A stretch of 64,000 nucleotides of DNA from Spirochaetota bacterium (GTDB taxonomy: Bacteria; Spirochaetota; Leptospiria; Turneriellales; CBDBES01), in contig CBDBLF010000011.1 of NCBI GenBank assembly GCA_965206985.1, forward strand, positions 91,384-155,383. Reading direction: 5' to 3'. The notes under the pieces were generated by a model. The model made no database searches. It saw nothing but the letters and a program-made list of their open reading frames with translations, and was not told the DNA's origin. Positions 38,044 through 49,084 of the stretch are shown piece by piece (position 1 is the first letter of the stretch; each line of letters opens with the position of its first letter). The position numbers and the translations under genes were made by a program.

Positions 38044-40503
38044 TTAGAATTTAAATTCCACGCCAAAATTAGGAATAATAAATGCAGTAGGGCTTACATC
38101 AAACGAAGGATTGCTATTTTCTTCGTAAGGACGATTATAATTCCATTGTTGCTGGTTAAGTGGTCTATAAAAATAGACATTGATTATTTCGATATACCAG
38201 CTAAGAGTGCCCCATTTATACAAACCAGTGTTGGTATAACGTATATCTAAACGATGATTAATTGGATACCTCTCCGAGTAAGGTGTACCGTAAGTAGGTG
38301 AATAACGTTCGACACGACTCGCTAGGTTGCTTAACTTACTCCCAATAATAGGGGTATAAGGAAATCCGGAACCTAGTTCAAATCGAAATCCAATATTATT
38401 GACACCAAAACTGTCAGTTTTAAAAGAAACTCCGGCAATGAGTTTTAATGAATGGGGTTGCTCAAACGAAGAAGACAAAAGGCGATTACCGTAAGTATCA
38501 ACATCAAGTGATAACCCTGAACGTGATTTTGAATCTGAATAAGTGTAGCTTATCCAACCATAATAATTAAGCTTTCTTGAACTTTTCGGCTTTAAATTTA
38601 ATTTTAGAAGGAATTCCAAGCCATAGGAGCGAGTAAAGCCCGTATTTGCAAATAATCGGTTCGTGCTCTGGTCAACAGAGTTAACAAGTGAATTTGTAAA
38701 ATTATTATAAAACCCCTCTAATTTAGCAATTAAGAAAAATAAACTTTGTTTAATACCAATACTTATATGGCGAGCTCGTTCTGCACGAACATAATCAGCT
38801 TGAGCAATCTGTGGTTGCTGATTAAAAACTTGATTAAATAAAAAATAATTAGTTTGAGGAAACGAGCTATACCAGCTAATGGCACCAGATATATTCATAT
38901 CCCAAAAAAAATCATAAGACAATAAAAATTTGGGGTCAACACGAACCTCTTCTGTAAGAGTTAAAAATGAAAAACGAAGCCCCGGAACAAATTTTAGATT
39001 TTTGCCCCAAAATAAGATATTTTCAAGATAAAAGTCAAGAGTATGATTTAGTTGTTCAAAATCAGCATTGGTGGCCTGAAACAAAGTAGAGTCTCCCAGA
39101 TCAGGGGGGCCACCTTGATTGACCACATTTCTAGTCAATGCCTGTACTTCCCCCTTTGAAGTAAAGCTAAAAGTCTGCCAATCAATACCAGCTTCTAAAG
39201 AAGCAAAATCTAACCACTGCCATAGGAATTTTTCTTTAAGACCAAAAATATACGGCTTGATATTAACATCTGTTTTTATCGAATCGAAATTCAAACTTTG
39301 TGCCGATGGTAAATCAGCAAGGAAACGACTATCTGTAAGAGTTGTAAAAAAGATTAATTCATTATTCAATTTATTTGAAAATTTAGTTTTATAATAGAAA
39401 CCAAGATTATTAGAAAAAACAGTATTTTTAAATTGAAAGTCAATAAATAAGGGGTCTGTTCCGTCGTCAATCAGCTCTTCTTTTTTTTCATCACTAACAT
39501 TTTCTCGTAAAAACTTTAGCGTATCGTAAAAACCAAAAAACAAAACTTTTAGTGAGTGCTTCCCTTTTTCGTCTAAAAAAAGCTTACCTTTAAGTTGATA
39601 ATCATAGTATTGTGGTAATTGAAAGTTTGAATCACCATCAATAGCACGAAGTAAAGGCCCTACGATTGAAGTTAGGTAACTTACTCGACCAGATGCAATC
39701 CAATAGCCTTGTTGTTTGTCACTATTAATGGAAATCTTATCACCCAAATAAGCATCAGCAGATATTATAGCAATTGTAGAAAGGCCATTAAATTCTTTAA
39801 TCTCGTCCACAGTTTTTGTTTCTATAATAGCACCCAAAGCATCACCATAAGAGGCCGGAAAATTGGACGAATATAGGTCAATTAAATTAACCAACTCATT
39901 CGAAATAATTGATTGAAGCGCTCCAAAATGCTGTGGATATAGTACCGGTATGCTATCGATATAATAACGATTATTTGTTTCTTTGGCACCTCGAATGATC
40001 AAGTTACCAAATAAACTCGTAGTGCTTAAAATCCCCGGCAAAGTGGTAAGAGCACTAAGCGAATCACCAAAAGTAGCAGGAACATTCTTTAATTCTTTTC
40101 GTTTTAGCGTATTTCTGGAAAGTTTTTGTATATTTCGATCTTCTTGAACAATGATTGAATAACCTCGGACACTCACAGTAGATAACCGAATTATAATTTT
40201 TTTGTTATTTTTAACAAAAATTTTTTTTTCAAACTTACTAAAGCCGACAGCATTGACAATAAAAGTATAGCTATCTTCAGAAGGTAATTGAAAAGTAAAT
40301 GAACCATTTTTTGTTCGTTTTTTTTTCTTTTCTTCTAATACGATAACGGTAGCATTCATAATTGGTTTATTTTTGATTTCAGACACTAATTTTCCGGTAA
40401 CACGAATTTGAGCAAAAACACTACTCACAAAAAATAATGTAGAAAAGTATAAACAGAAAATTCTAGTGGAAAAATAAAATTTACGAACAAGGCGATTTAA
40501 CAT
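38044..40503 (-). CDS. TonB-dependent outer-membrane receptor with carboxypeptidase-regulatory-like N-domain
   Basis: Signal peptide, plug (LTTLPGI, IIRG, YYIDSIP), beta-barrel, C-terminal FGVEFKF. Confidence 0.9.
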   Translation of the reverse strand: MLNRLVRKFYFSTRIFCLYFSTLFFVSSVFAQIRVTGKLVSEIKNKPIMNATVIVLEEKKKKRTKNGSFTFQLPSEDSYTFIVNAVGFSKFEKKIFVKNNKKIIIRLSTVSVRGYSIIVQEDRNIQKLSRNTLKRKELKNVPATFGDSLSALTTLPGILSTTSLFGNLIIRGAKETNNRYYIDSIPVLYPQHFGALQSIISNELVNLIDLYSSNFPASYGDALGAIIETKTVDEIKEFNGLSTIAIISADAYLGDKISINSDKQQGYWIASGRVSYLTSIVGPLLRAIDGDSNFQLPQYYDYQLKGKLFLDEKGKHSLKVLFFGFYDTLKFLRENVSDEKKEELIDDGTDPLFIDFQFKNTVFSNNLGFYYKTKFSNKLNNELIFFTTLTDSRFLADLPSAQSLNFDSIKTDVNIKPYIFGLKEKFLWQWLDFASLEAGIDWQTFSFTSKGEVQALTRNVVNQGGPPDLGDSTLFQATNADFEQLNHTLDFYLENILFWGKNLKFVPGLRFSFLTLTEEVRVDPKFLLSYDFFWDMNISGAISWYSSFPQTNYFLFNQVFNQQPQIAQADYVRAERARHISIGIKQSLFFLIAKLEGFYNNFTNSLVNSVDQSTNRLFANTGFTRSYGLEFLLKLNLKPKSSRKLNYYGWISYTYSDSKSRSGLSLDVDTYGNRLLSSSFEQPHSLKLIAGVSFKTDSFGVNNIGFRFELGSGFPYTPIIGSKLSNLASRVERYSPTYGTPYSERYPINHRLDIRYTNTGLYKWGTLSWYIEIINVYFYRPLNQQQWNYNRPYEENSNPSFDVSPTAFIIPNFGVEFKF

Positions 40504-40608
40504 GTTAACCTAGTTTAATATGAAACCTACTCAAGACATACCCAGTTGAATGGTGCACGATGTCTAGTTATTTTTAGTGATGCACGATGGAAGGAATTGC
40601 TAAGTCAT

Positions 40609-41060
40609 GAGGCTGTGTGGAATTGGAGCTACTGGATATTTCTTCTGTCACACAAAACTACTCCACCCGAGAAGGTTGATTGTATTGTCCTTGAAATATG
40701 CTCAGCCTTTTGACTTACTCATATTTTGGGGTGGTTGCAAGTAGTCGTAAAATTTCTAAACTTTGCCCAGTCTCACTTTATTCATATGTATCTGACAGAG
40801 GGTAATCAAATTAAGTATCGTGCCATCTGTGAATTTCGGAAAAAACTTGCATGCAATCAAATCTGTTTTTACCAACTCCGCAAAAGTAGCGTTAGAGATT
40901 GGAAGCATTCAAAAGTCAGATATTTTTGCTATTGATGATAATAAAATGATGATAATAAAATAGAAGCCAACTCCTCAGACTCGAAAACAAAGTCGAAACA
41001 AAAATGGGGGGAGTTAGAAACAGAAATTATATCCCAAGTAAATCAATTCCGCACAGCCTC
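40609..41060 (+). mobile_element. Degraded IS1182-family element
   Basis: IRs GAGGCTGTGTGGAATT / AATTCCGCACAGCCTC; relic peptides MYLTEGNQIKYRAICEFRKK and AID..KIEANSS. Confidence 0.72.
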
Positions 41061-41100
41061 ACGGGGATTAGTAAATATGCCAATATTACTTGAAAAACAT

Positions 41101-41146
41101 TTGACGGTTTAATTTTATTTTCTAGAATGGCACCGGTTTTGTGCCA
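41101..41146 (+). promoter_or_regulatory. Putative glnA sigma70 promoter with overlapping NtrC-like palindrome
   Basis: TTGACG-16-TAGAAT, then TGGCAC-CGGTTTT-GTGCCA (GCAC-N7-GTGC) at 41128-41146. Confidence 0.55.
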
Positions 41147-41201
41147 CTTATCGCCTTAATTCGTTAAGGTAAGAATAATTTTAATTTTAAGGAGATTTTT
41201 T

Positions 41202-42635
41202 ATGTCAGCCATACCGGAAACACCAAAGGAGTTGCTACAATGGGCAAAATTAGAGAAGGTAGAATTTATTGATATTCGCTTTACCGATATTTTAGGCATC
41301 GCACAACATTTTACGATGCCCTTGCATGCGATTGATGAAAAGGCGTTTACTTTTGGTATTGGTTTCGATGGTTCTTCAATTCGAGGTTGGAAGACCATTG
41401 ATGAGTCAGACATGCTTGCACGGCTGGATGCTACATCGACCTACCTTGACCCATTTTTTCAGCATAAAACTTTAGTTGTGATTGCTGATATTTACGAACC
41501 ACAAACAGAGGAACCCTACAGTCGCGACCCTCGAAATATTCTTAAAAAAGCGATTAAGCATATGAAAGAAACAAGGCTTGCCGATACTGCTTATTTTGGT
41601 CCTGAGGCAGAATTTTTCATTTTCTCCAACGTCCGGTATTCCCATGAAAAACAAGCGGCTTTCTACGAAGTCGACGCTGTCGACGCCGAGTGGAACATGG
41701 GAGTCGATGAGTCACCCAATCTTGGCTTTAAGATGAGGCCTAAAGAGGGTTATTTCCCCGTTCCTCCCACCGACCAGTTTCAAGACCTCCGCTCAGAGAT
41801 GCTTTCCTTACTAGAAAAAATGGGCATACCCACCGAAAAACATCACCATGAAGTAGCTGCTCCTGGTCAGGCAGAAATCAATCTTGTTGTAGATGAAGCA
41901 TTGGCCATGGCCGATAAGTTGCAGCTTTATAAGTACGTAGTTAAAAATGTAGCACGTCAGTCTGGTTATACAGCAACATTCATGCCTAAACCAATTTTTA
42001 ATGATAACGGTTCAGGAATGCACACTCACCAATCTCTATGGAAAGATGGAAAAAACCTTTTCGCTGGTGGTGCCAGTGATTATGCCCATCTGTCTCAGGT
42101 TGGTTTGAACTACGCTGGTGGAATTCTCAAACATGGTCCTGCCTTGTTATCTTTCACCAACCCCACGACGAATAGTTTTAAGCGCTTGGTGCCGGGCTTT
42201 GAAGCTCCCGTTAATTTAGTTTATTCTGCTAGAAACCGATCGGCGGCGATTCGTATTCCTGTTGCGGTCACTGGTGATAAGGCGAGAAGAATTGAGTTTA
42301 GAACTCCTGATCCATCTTGTAACCCCTACACAGCCTTTGCTGCAATGCTAATGGCTGGTCTTGATGGTATCCAAAACAAGATTGACCCAGGAGAACCCGC
42401 TGACAGAAACCTTTATGAAATTTCTGCCGACGAGCAAGCTAAGTTGAATCGACTGCCTTCCAATCTAACAAAAGTTCTCGACACCCTTGAGTCTGATAAT
42501 GCTTGGCTGGTGAAAGGGAATGTTTTCGATCAAGATTATATTGATAACTACATCGCCTACAAGAGGGAAGAAATTGAGCAAGTTGTGAATCAAAGACCAC
42601 ATCCTTATGAGTTTATCCTTTATTATGATATTTAG
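41202..42635 (+). CDS. glnA: Glutamine synthetase type I
   Basis: GFDGSSIRGW, FGPEAEFFIF, HHHEVA..GQ.E, FMPKP..DNGSGMH.HQS, RIEFR.PDPS.NPY. Confidence 0.98.
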   Translation: MSAIPETPKELLQWAKLEKVEFIDIRFTDILGIAQHFTMPLHAIDEKAFTFGIGFDGSSIRGWKTIDESDMLARLDATSTYLDPFFQHKTLVVIADIYEPQTEEPYSRDPRNILKKAIKHMKETRLADTAYFGPEAEFFIFSNVRYSHEKQAAFYEVDAVDAEWNMGVDESPNLGFKMRPKEGYFPVPPTDQFQDLRSEMLSLLEKMGIPTEKHHHEVAAPGQAEINLVVDEALAMADKLQLYKYVVKNVARQSGYTATFMPKPIFNDNGSGMHTHQSLWKDGKNLFAGGASDYAHLSQVGLNYAGGILKHGPALLSFTNPTTNSFKRLVPGFEAPVNLVYSARNRSAAIRIPVAVTGDKARRIEFRTPDPSCNPYTAFAAMLMAGLDGIQNKIDPGEPADRNLYEISADEQAKLNRLPSNLTKVLDTLESDNAWLVKGNVFDQDYIDNYIAYKREEIEQVVNQRPHPYEFILYYDI

Positions 42636-42742
42636 GCTGTGGGCTCTAAGAGTTTTTTGTCAGTGTTTGCTTGCCTTTAGAGATTTTTGAAAAATTTCTT
42701 GGGCTATGTGGTTCCAAGGTTTTCTGATTACTCAGGTGTTTT

Positions 42743-44059
42743 TTGAATCTAGTAAAATTAAAGAAGGAAATCGACGCTTGGGTTACCGAAGGTGTTATCA
42801 CAATAGAGCAATCAAAGAAACTCTATCAGAGATATAAGCTTTCTTATAACCCCGTCTTTTATAAAGAATCTGGCTTTATTCTCAAAGCTGTCGCTATCTT
42901 TTTGGTCGGGTTGGCTCTGTTTCTTATCATTGAAGAGAATTGGTCAACTTTACCTCTTCTTGCTAAAGGTTTAGTTGGCCTGCTTCCTCTTCTTTCGCTA
43001 TTAATATTAGCAATTCGATCAGTTTTGAACAAAAATGAACACAATAAAACGGAGCTTCTATTTTTCTTTAGCCATTTGCTAATTGGCCTAAATATTTTTC
43101 TACAAACTCAAATTTTTGAAATTTCTCTACCTAATTCTGTGCAGCTGCTTGCTTGGTCTACCATCACCCTCATCGTTACAGTCTTTTTCAAAAGTAGGCT
43201 CAATTTATTTCTTTTGCTGTTGATTATCACTATCTTTCATTGGAATCAACTCTCAAAAAATCATCTAGAACTCCAAAAAAATTATTTTTATTGGTTTTCA
43301 GTTCCCATTTTTTGGGTGAGTGGATATCTCGTTTACTTGAACATAAACCGTCTTAATATTGTAATGGGCATTCTAAACCTTTTTCTGTGCGGCGTACTCA
43401 TTGACCGTGCATTCCACGGAAGCGATTCACTCACTACCAATATAACATTTCTTAAATTTAGCTCAGTTTCATTTTTGGTTTTGTCAGCCCTACCTTGGTT
43501 GCATGAGAAGCTCAATTCATCATTCTTGCAAAAAATCAAATATAGTGTTTATTTCTTGAATCTCGCTCTCTTTTGTTTTTATTTCGTTAACCAAGAAATA
43601 CACCATATCACTTTTGCACGCCTACCAACTTTGACTAGTGTCGTTTATTTTTGTTTGGGTTTGGCCGTCTATGTCAAGACAAAACAAAACTTGTTTTTGA
43701 ACATAACGTTATCTTTGCTGATTCATGTGTTTTTGCTGAATATTGTCGGATATTACCTTCTTGGGGATCTCGATACTCCCCATACTGCTTGGGTAGGTTC
43801 GATAAATATCTCATTTTTTATTGCATCAAATGTTATTTTTTTTATTTGCTGTGCAGTGAGTGTTTATCATGGTCTCCGTGACAAAATGAAGGATTTCTTT
43901 TTTACTGGCGTAGTAATGTTTCTCATGCTTGTTTTTACACATTATGTGACTCGCGAAAGTGAAGTTTTCACGACGGCACTGTTTTTTTTAATATTTGCGG
44001 GAACCATTTATTATTTGAATCACGTATGGAGTAAGAAAATAATGGCAAGTGTCAGATGA
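42743..44059 (+). CDS. DUF2157-like multi-pass membrane protein
   Basis: W..EG.IT.EQ..KL..RY, ..NW..LP..AK, LIG.NIFL..QIF. Confidence 0.7.
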   Translation: MNLVKLKKEIDAWVTEGVITIEQSKKLYQRYKLSYNPVFYKESGFILKAVAIFLVGLALFLIIEENWSTLPLLAKGLVGLLPLLSLLILAIRSVLNKNEHNKTELLFFFSHLLIGLNIFLQTQIFEISLPNSVQLLAWSTITLIVTVFFKSRLNLFLLLLIITIFHWNQLSKNHLELQKNYFYWFSVPIFWVSGYLVYLNINRLNIVMGILNLFLCGVLIDRAFHGSDSLTTNITFLKFSSVSFLVLSALPWLHEKLNSSFLQKIKYSVYFLNLALFCFYFVNQEIHHITFARLPTLTSVVYFCLGLAVYVKTKQNLFLNITLSLLIHVFLLNIVGYYLLGDLDTPHTAWVGSINISFFIASNVIFFICCAVSVYHGLRDKMKDFFFTGVVMFLMLVFTHYVTRESEVFTTALFFLIFAGTIYYLNHVWSKKIMASVR

Positions 44060-44505
44060 ATTATTTAATTTACATCCTGCCTTTGTTAGCCGGTATATTT
44101 GCTTGCGTGCAGAGTAACATTAATGGTTATTGGCAAACACGGATTGGAATTCAGTCGACTGTTCTAATCAACGGTTGGGTTGTCGCTATTTTGTCAACTT
44201 TATTGTATTTGACCACAAACACACATTCTGTGAAGGGAAATTATGCGAACGTAGAGCTCAATGTTTTTCTCAATGGTTTTTTAGGTTTTGGAATTGTCAC
44301 GATTGCTGCGTTTACTTTCCCAAAACTGGGTGCGACTTCAGTGATGGTCATTATGGTGATGGGGCAAATTATGACGGGCTTACTTCTTGACCATTTGGGT
44401 TTTTTAAATTTACCGAAGAAAGACATCTCAGTTTCTCGAATTGCCGGTTTTTTACTTATTGTCGCAGGAGTCTTTTTTACAACAAGAGGTGATAAACTAT
44501 GGTAA
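44056..44505 (+). CDS. DMT family (YdcZ-like) transporter
   Basis: Q..ING, G..G...V, P.LGA, GQ...GLL.DH.G. Confidence 0.85.
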   Translation: MNYLIYILPLLAGIFACVQSNINGYWQTRIGIQSTVLINGWVVAILSTLLYLTTNTHSVKGNYANVELNVFLNGFLGFGIVTIAAFTFPKLGATSVMVIMVMGQIMTGLLLDHLGFLNLPKKDISVSRIAGFLLIVAGVFFTTRGDKLW

Positions 44506-44960
44506 GTATATTAATGGGAAGCAAGTCAGACTGGGATGTTATGCTAGGTGCTTCTAAATTACTTGATGAGTTTTCCATCAAGCATGAAATGAAAGTTTTA
44601 TCTGCTCACAGAACCCCACACGAGCTGAATCTATATTTAAACGAGGCTGAAAAAAAAGGCACTAAAATATTTATAGCGGGTGCTGGTTTTGCCGCTCACC
44701 TCGCAGGTGTTATCGCTTCTAATACCTGCCTGCCCGTTTTGGGTGTTCCTCTTGATTCATCGTCTCTGAATGGTTTTGATTCCTTACTTTCCACTGTTCA
44801 AATGCCTTCGGGAGTTCCCGTGGCTACTTTCACCGTGGGGAAAACAGGAGCAATCAACGCTGCTCTTTTTGCTGTGGCAATTTTAGCTGTTGGGGATGAA
44901 CCAATGCTAGAAAAGATCAAAGAACACCGAAGAAAAAAGGCGATTCTAACATTAAATTAA
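44499..44960 (+). CDS. purE: N5-CAIR mutase
   Basis: MGSKSD, SAHRTP, GAG.AAHLAG, PVLGVP, VQMP.GVPVAT. Confidence 0.97.
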   Translation: MVSILMGSKSDWDVMLGASKLLDEFSIKHEMKVLSAHRTPHELNLYLNEAEKKGTKIFIAGAGFAAHLAGVIASNTCLPVLGVPLDSSSLNGFDSLLSTVQMPSGVPVATFTVGKTGAINAALFAVAILAVGDEPMLEKIKEHRRKKAILTLN

Positions 44961-45037
44961 ATTTATGTGGACAAAAGAATTGGTTTCGGAACACAGGTTA
45001 GTATGTTTTTTTTAGATCTGTGGGGGAGTGATGCCGC

Positions 45038-45838
45038 ATGGGAGTATTGATTTTTTTTAATCGGTTACTTTGTTGGCTGAAGAGCTTACTCACCCCATTC
45101 TTTGCTATCATATTTTTTTCAGTGACCACATTACTCGGTGTTGACTTACATCCCCCCAGTAATTCTCATCTCATTTTTAATTCAAAGTCATCTTTCTCCA
45201 TGTCTTACAAAAAAAATGGATCACTTAAAAATCCTGAGCTAATCAACGATTATTTAAAAAACACTGGTGTTCTCTACTCCCTTGGTGAGCATATTATGAT
45301 CAATTCTTTCATGGGTCTTCTTGTTGGTGGCATGCAAGGTGCTCTTATTGGTCTTTATGATTTTGAACTGACACCCGCTTCTAAAAATAGTCAATTTTCA
45401 ACGCTCATTCTTTCTACAGGAATTCTAGGAGGAGTTGGTTTTTTGGCTGGAGTGGGGGTATCATTTCTTGAGCATTCCCTTGATGAGCAATTTTCTATTG
45501 GGGCTGTTATCATCGAATATACGACCTACGGCACATTACTTGGTGCTTTCATCGGTGCAGCTGTTGGAGGGGGGATATACGGCTCAAGTGATAATCTCGA
45601 TGATCTGATACATGGTGTTGGTTTTGGTGCCTTGGGTGGTTTCCTCGTGGGTTCTATCGCATATTTCCTTTTTGATGTCTTCTCTTTATCATTATCTGAT
45701 AACTTGAAAATGAACCTTGGCTACGACCTATGGAAAAAGCAATATTCTCTTAAAATATCCCGCCCCATCGCTTTTGATTTCCATTCTTCGGGTGATCAAG
45801 TTCGTGAGAAAATTGGAGAAGATGCTTCGCATTCCTAG
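45038..45838 (+). CDS. Glycine-zipper membrane protein, unknown function
   Basis: Four Gly-rich hydrophobic helices (GxxxG repeats). Confidence 0.6.
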   Translation: MGVLIFFNRLLCWLKSLLTPFFAIIFFSVTTLLGVDLHPPSNSHLIFNSKSSFSMSYKKNGSLKNPELINDYLKNTGVLYSLGEHIMINSFMGLLVGGMQGALIGLYDFELTPASKNSQFSTLILSTGILGGVGFLAGVGVSFLEHSLDEQFSIGAVIIEYTTYGTLLGAFIGAAVGGGIYGSSDNLDDLIHGVGFGALGGFLVGSIAYFLFDVFSLSLSDNLKMNLGYDLWKKQYSLKISRPIAFDFHSSGDQVREKIGEDASHS

Positions 45839-47036
45839 AATGTCCTTTCAGCCTATGGGTCATTTTGTTATTTTTGTGCGTACGTTCTCTTTCTTGCTCT
45901 TGAGCTTTAGTATGCTTGTTTGTCGCTCAGTACCACGAGAAAAAAAGTTGCCTCAGGAGTTACCCCAAAAAGAGGGCTGGGTCAAAGGGGAGGGACGTGC
46001 CCAAGTTTACCAAGGTGATATTTCTTTTGCAAAAGATCGGGCTTTGAGAATGGCTAAAAAAGATGCTGTTCGGAGAAAGTTGGGCCAGATGATTAAAAGT
46101 AAAACGGTCACAGAAAGTGGTGTTTGGGTCAAAGGAGAGTTGACTGCTCAGAGTGAGGGTTTGGTCAAGAACTATGAGGTGCAATCATATCGATCTTCTA
46201 GTGATCATTATGAAATTGAAATATTGGCCGATGTCAACCAAAGTGGCCTTGTCGATGAGGTGCAAGATTTATTAGATGATTGGGAAAAGCCCATTATTTT
46301 TGGAGTTGTCTCTGAAACTTTTGAAAAAACTAATCACGACCCTTATTCCAATAATACCCTGCAAGCCCTGGAGGAGTTTTTTATCGATAAAAGCTTTATT
46401 CTAAATAAAGTCAGTTCTATGCAAGTAGCACTTTCCCCGCCTGTTTCTACCTCAAAGATTGTCAAACTCATCAAAAAGAAAAAAATAGAACCTGATTTTG
46501 ATTTGCTTGTTTTCGGTAGAACCACCTGCCAGAATGCAGGAAAAATTAATTATGGTGGTGTGAAGAGTGACATGAAATCGGCACAATTAAATACCTCCAT
46601 TTCAATTTTTGATATCCACACCCAAAGATTAATTGCTAGTGCCTCAGAAGTATCCGCATATCCTCATATCTATTTCGAGTCAGCCTGCTCACATGGAATC
46701 GCTAAAAAAGTGGTTCCAAAACTAACGTCAAAACTTTTTAAGCAAATGCTTAAAAAATGGGGCAAAGAATATGGAAGTGGAAAATCTCTTTTCGTTAATC
46801 TCAAAGGGCGCTTACCATATAAGCAACTATATGATTTTCAGATAATTCTTAGAAATGAAATTAGAGGTGTTGTCGATATCATCGAGAGAAAGGTGACTTC
46901 CAAAGAAAACTACTTGGAGGTCATTTATCAAGGGAAAGCGAAAGATTTTCTTGAGGAGATTCTTAATAAAAAAACAAACCTAGTGTTGAAATTGAGTCAA
47001 AGAAAAGGCAGAAAACTTTTTTTTTCAATAAAATAA
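45822..47036 (+). CDS. FlgT-N/LPP20-like putative lipoprotein
   Basis: GGAGAAG RBS before ATG 45822; hydrophobic leader ending LVC; EG.A....GD...AKDRAL..AKKDAV. Confidence 0.6.
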   Translation: MLRIPRMSFQPMGHFVIFVRTFSFLLLSFSMLVCRSVPREKKLPQELPQKEGWVKGEGRAQVYQGDISFAKDRALRMAKKDAVRRKLGQMIKSKTVTESGVWVKGELTAQSEGLVKNYEVQSYRSSSDHYEIEILADVNQSGLVDEVQDLLDDWEKPIIFGVVSETFEKTNHDPYSNNTLQALEEFFIDKSFILNKVSSMQVALSPPVSTSKIVKLIKKKKIEPDFDLLVFGRTTCQNAGKINYGGVKSDMKSAQLNTSISIFDIHTQRLIASASEVSAYPHIYFESACSHGIAKKVVPKLTSKLFKQMLKKWGKEYGSGKSLFVNLKGRLPYKQLYDFQIILRNEIRGVVDIIERKVTSKENYLEVIYQGKAKDFLEEILNKKTNLVLKLSQRKGRKLFFSIK

Positions 47037-47046
47037 TTTCAATTTC

Positions 47047-47577
47047 ATGATAAGACGAGCTTCTCTTCTTATTTTTATACACCTTACTTATTGTGGTCTG
47101 CTCATTTCTAAGAATAAAGTTGCTTATGTTGATTTGGAGTACGTTTTTCAAAACTCAAACTTAAAGAGAGAGTCCGATGATAAAACTCGCCTGCAAAAAG
47201 AAAGTTATGTTAGGCTCCAGAATAACCTAGAAACTTCTATATCTCAAATGAAAAAAGAACTTCGGCAGCTTGAAAGCTTGTTGGGTTACTCCGAGTACAT
47301 GACAATATTCAAAAAACGTAAAAAAAAAATAAAAATTCAAAGAAAAGAACTATCAAATCTTAAAAAAGACTATAAAGAATGGTATCGTATTGCACAGGTC
47401 AGCTTATTTGAAGAGCTTGTGATCGCCATCGAAACAATCAGTGAAAAAGAAGGGGTTGATCTAGTCTTGTCAAAACGACCAGCAGTTCTATATTCGAAGG
47501 ACTCTTTAGATATCAGCGAGAAAGTGATCAATTTTTTAAATCAGATCAGTCAAAGAAAGTCAATTACCGTGAAATGA
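47047..47577 (+). CDS. skp: OmpH/Skp periplasmic chaperone
   Basis: KVAYVD.E.VF, coiled coil, [15 protein letters not shown]; directly upstream of lpxD. Confidence 0.8.
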   Translation: MIRRASLLIFIHLTYCGLLISKNKVAYVDLEYVFQNSNLKRESDDKTRLQKESYVRLQNNLETSISQMKKELRQLESLLGYSEYMTIFKKRKKKIKIQRKELSNLKKDYKEWYRIAQVSLFEELVIAIETISEKEGVDLVLSKRPAVLYSKDSLDISEKVINFLNQISQRKSITVK

Positions 47578-48641
47578 ATTTAAGAGAAATCGCTGAAAAG
47601 CTCGGCCTTGAATTCCGTGGTGATCCTGAGAAAAAAATTTCTCAAATTAGAGATTTAGGGAGACTAACTTCCTCAGAATCAATTGTTCGAGATGCCATCT
47701 ATTATGTAGAGAACCAAAGAATTCTGAAGAGATACCTCTTTCTTGAGAAAAAAAAAGAAAGCATAAGTGTCTTAACGTTAGAGTCTCTGGCTGGCCATTT
47801 TATTAATACGCTGATTGCTTCCGAAAACTCTATTAAGCTTTCTTTTATCCAATTATTAACGTTGTTTTCAAAAGAGCCTGATTTTACATTCGAGAAAAAT
47901 ATAATTGATCGATCAAAAAGTTTCATCCATGAGTTGGCGAAAGTGAGTCCATCAGCAATTATTATGCCACAAGCAGTTGTGATGCAAGGAGCCGAGATTG
48001 CTGATGAAGCAATTATATATCCCCATGTGACGATTGGTCCTGGTGCTAAAATTGGCAAACAAACCTTACTTCATCCTGGTGTCGTTATTGGTTATAATTG
48101 TATCGTAGGAAATCACTGTATTATTTATGGGGGTTCTGTGATTGGTGCCGATGGCTTTGGTTATCATGATTACCAAGGGAAGCGGTATAAAGTTCCTCAG
48201 GTGTCCCACGTTGAAATTCATGACTACGTTGAAATTGGAGCTAATTCGTGTATTGACCGAGGAACCATTGAACCCACGATTATCGGTGCTCATACGAAAA
48301 TTGATAACCAAGTGCAAATTGGACATAACTGCGTTGTGGGTGAACATGTTATTATGGCAGGGAATGTCGGTGTATCGGGTTCTGTCACTATTGGTAATCA
48401 AGCCATTCTTGCGGGAAAAACAGGCGTCAGTGAGCACGTCCATATTGCTGAAGAGGCAGTAATTATGGGGGCTAGTGTGCTACTTTCTGACGCAAAGCCG
48501 AAGACTGCCTACTTTGGCTATCCCGCTAGAATTTCTATTGAGGCGCACCGTATTGATAAGGCAACTGCTCGCTTACCAGAGCTTTTAAAACGTGTGAAAA
48601 TATTAGAAAAAAAAGTTTATGGCCAGAATGATGGCAATTGA
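47574..48641 (+). CDS. lpxD: UDP-3-O-acyl-glucosamine N-acyltransferase
   Basis: Hexapeptide repeats, [30 protein letters not shown]. Confidence 0.95.
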   Translation: MNLREIAEKLGLEFRGDPEKKISQIRDLGRLTSSESIVRDAIYYVENQRILKRYLFLEKKKESISVLTLESLAGHFINTLIASENSIKLSFIQLLTLFSKEPDFTFEKNIIDRSKSFIHELAKVSPSAIIMPQAVVMQGAEIADEAIIYPHVTIGPGAKIGKQTLLHPGVVIGYNCIVGNHCIIYGGSVIGADGFGYHDYQGKRYKVPQVSHVEIHDYVEIGANSCIDRGTIEPTIIGAHTKIDNQVQIGHNCVVGEHVIMAGNVGVSGSVTIGNQAILAGKTGVSEHVHIAEEAVIMGASVLLSDAKPKTAYFGYPARISIEAHRIDKATARLPELLKRVKILEKKVYGQNDGN

Positions 48642-49038
48642 TTACGGCAGAAAAAGGGTTGGTCTCGCTGTAACCGATGAGGTTCATCGATTAATAACCC
48701 CCTTAGCTCAGGTTCAATTTAATCAGAAAAACTCATGGGCGGAGCTATTTCATGTGATTCAAGAAAATAACCCTCAAAAAATTATAATAGGGGACCCTGA
48801 CTCTCAGACCAATCAACAAGTAAGACAAGAAATTCTTGATTTCAAGAAAAAACTTGGTAAACTATTTCCTAAGATCACCTTTACTTTCTTTGATGAGAGC
48901 TACTCTTCAAAAGAAGCCAAGGACATTGTAATTGAACTGAGTGGCTATGGCTTTAAGAAAGTAAAAAAGAGAAAAGATAAACTAGACTCCGTGGCCGCCG
49001 CCTTAATTTTGCAAAGATACTTAGAAGCTTTTTTATAA
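48619..49038 (+). CDS. ruvX: Holliday junction resolvase-like RuvX/YqgF
   Basis: [35 protein letters not shown]. Confidence 0.92.
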   Translation: MARMMAIDYGRKRVGLAVTDEVHRLITPLAQVQFNQKNSWAELFHVIQENNPQKIIIGDPDSQTNQQVRQEILDFKKKLGKLFPKITFTFFDESYSSKEAKDIVIELSGYGFKKVKKRKDKLDSVAAALILQRYLEAFL

Positions 49039-49084
49039 TACAATTTCTGTGAAAAAGCATGTTTATTGGCTTCATAAGTATCTT

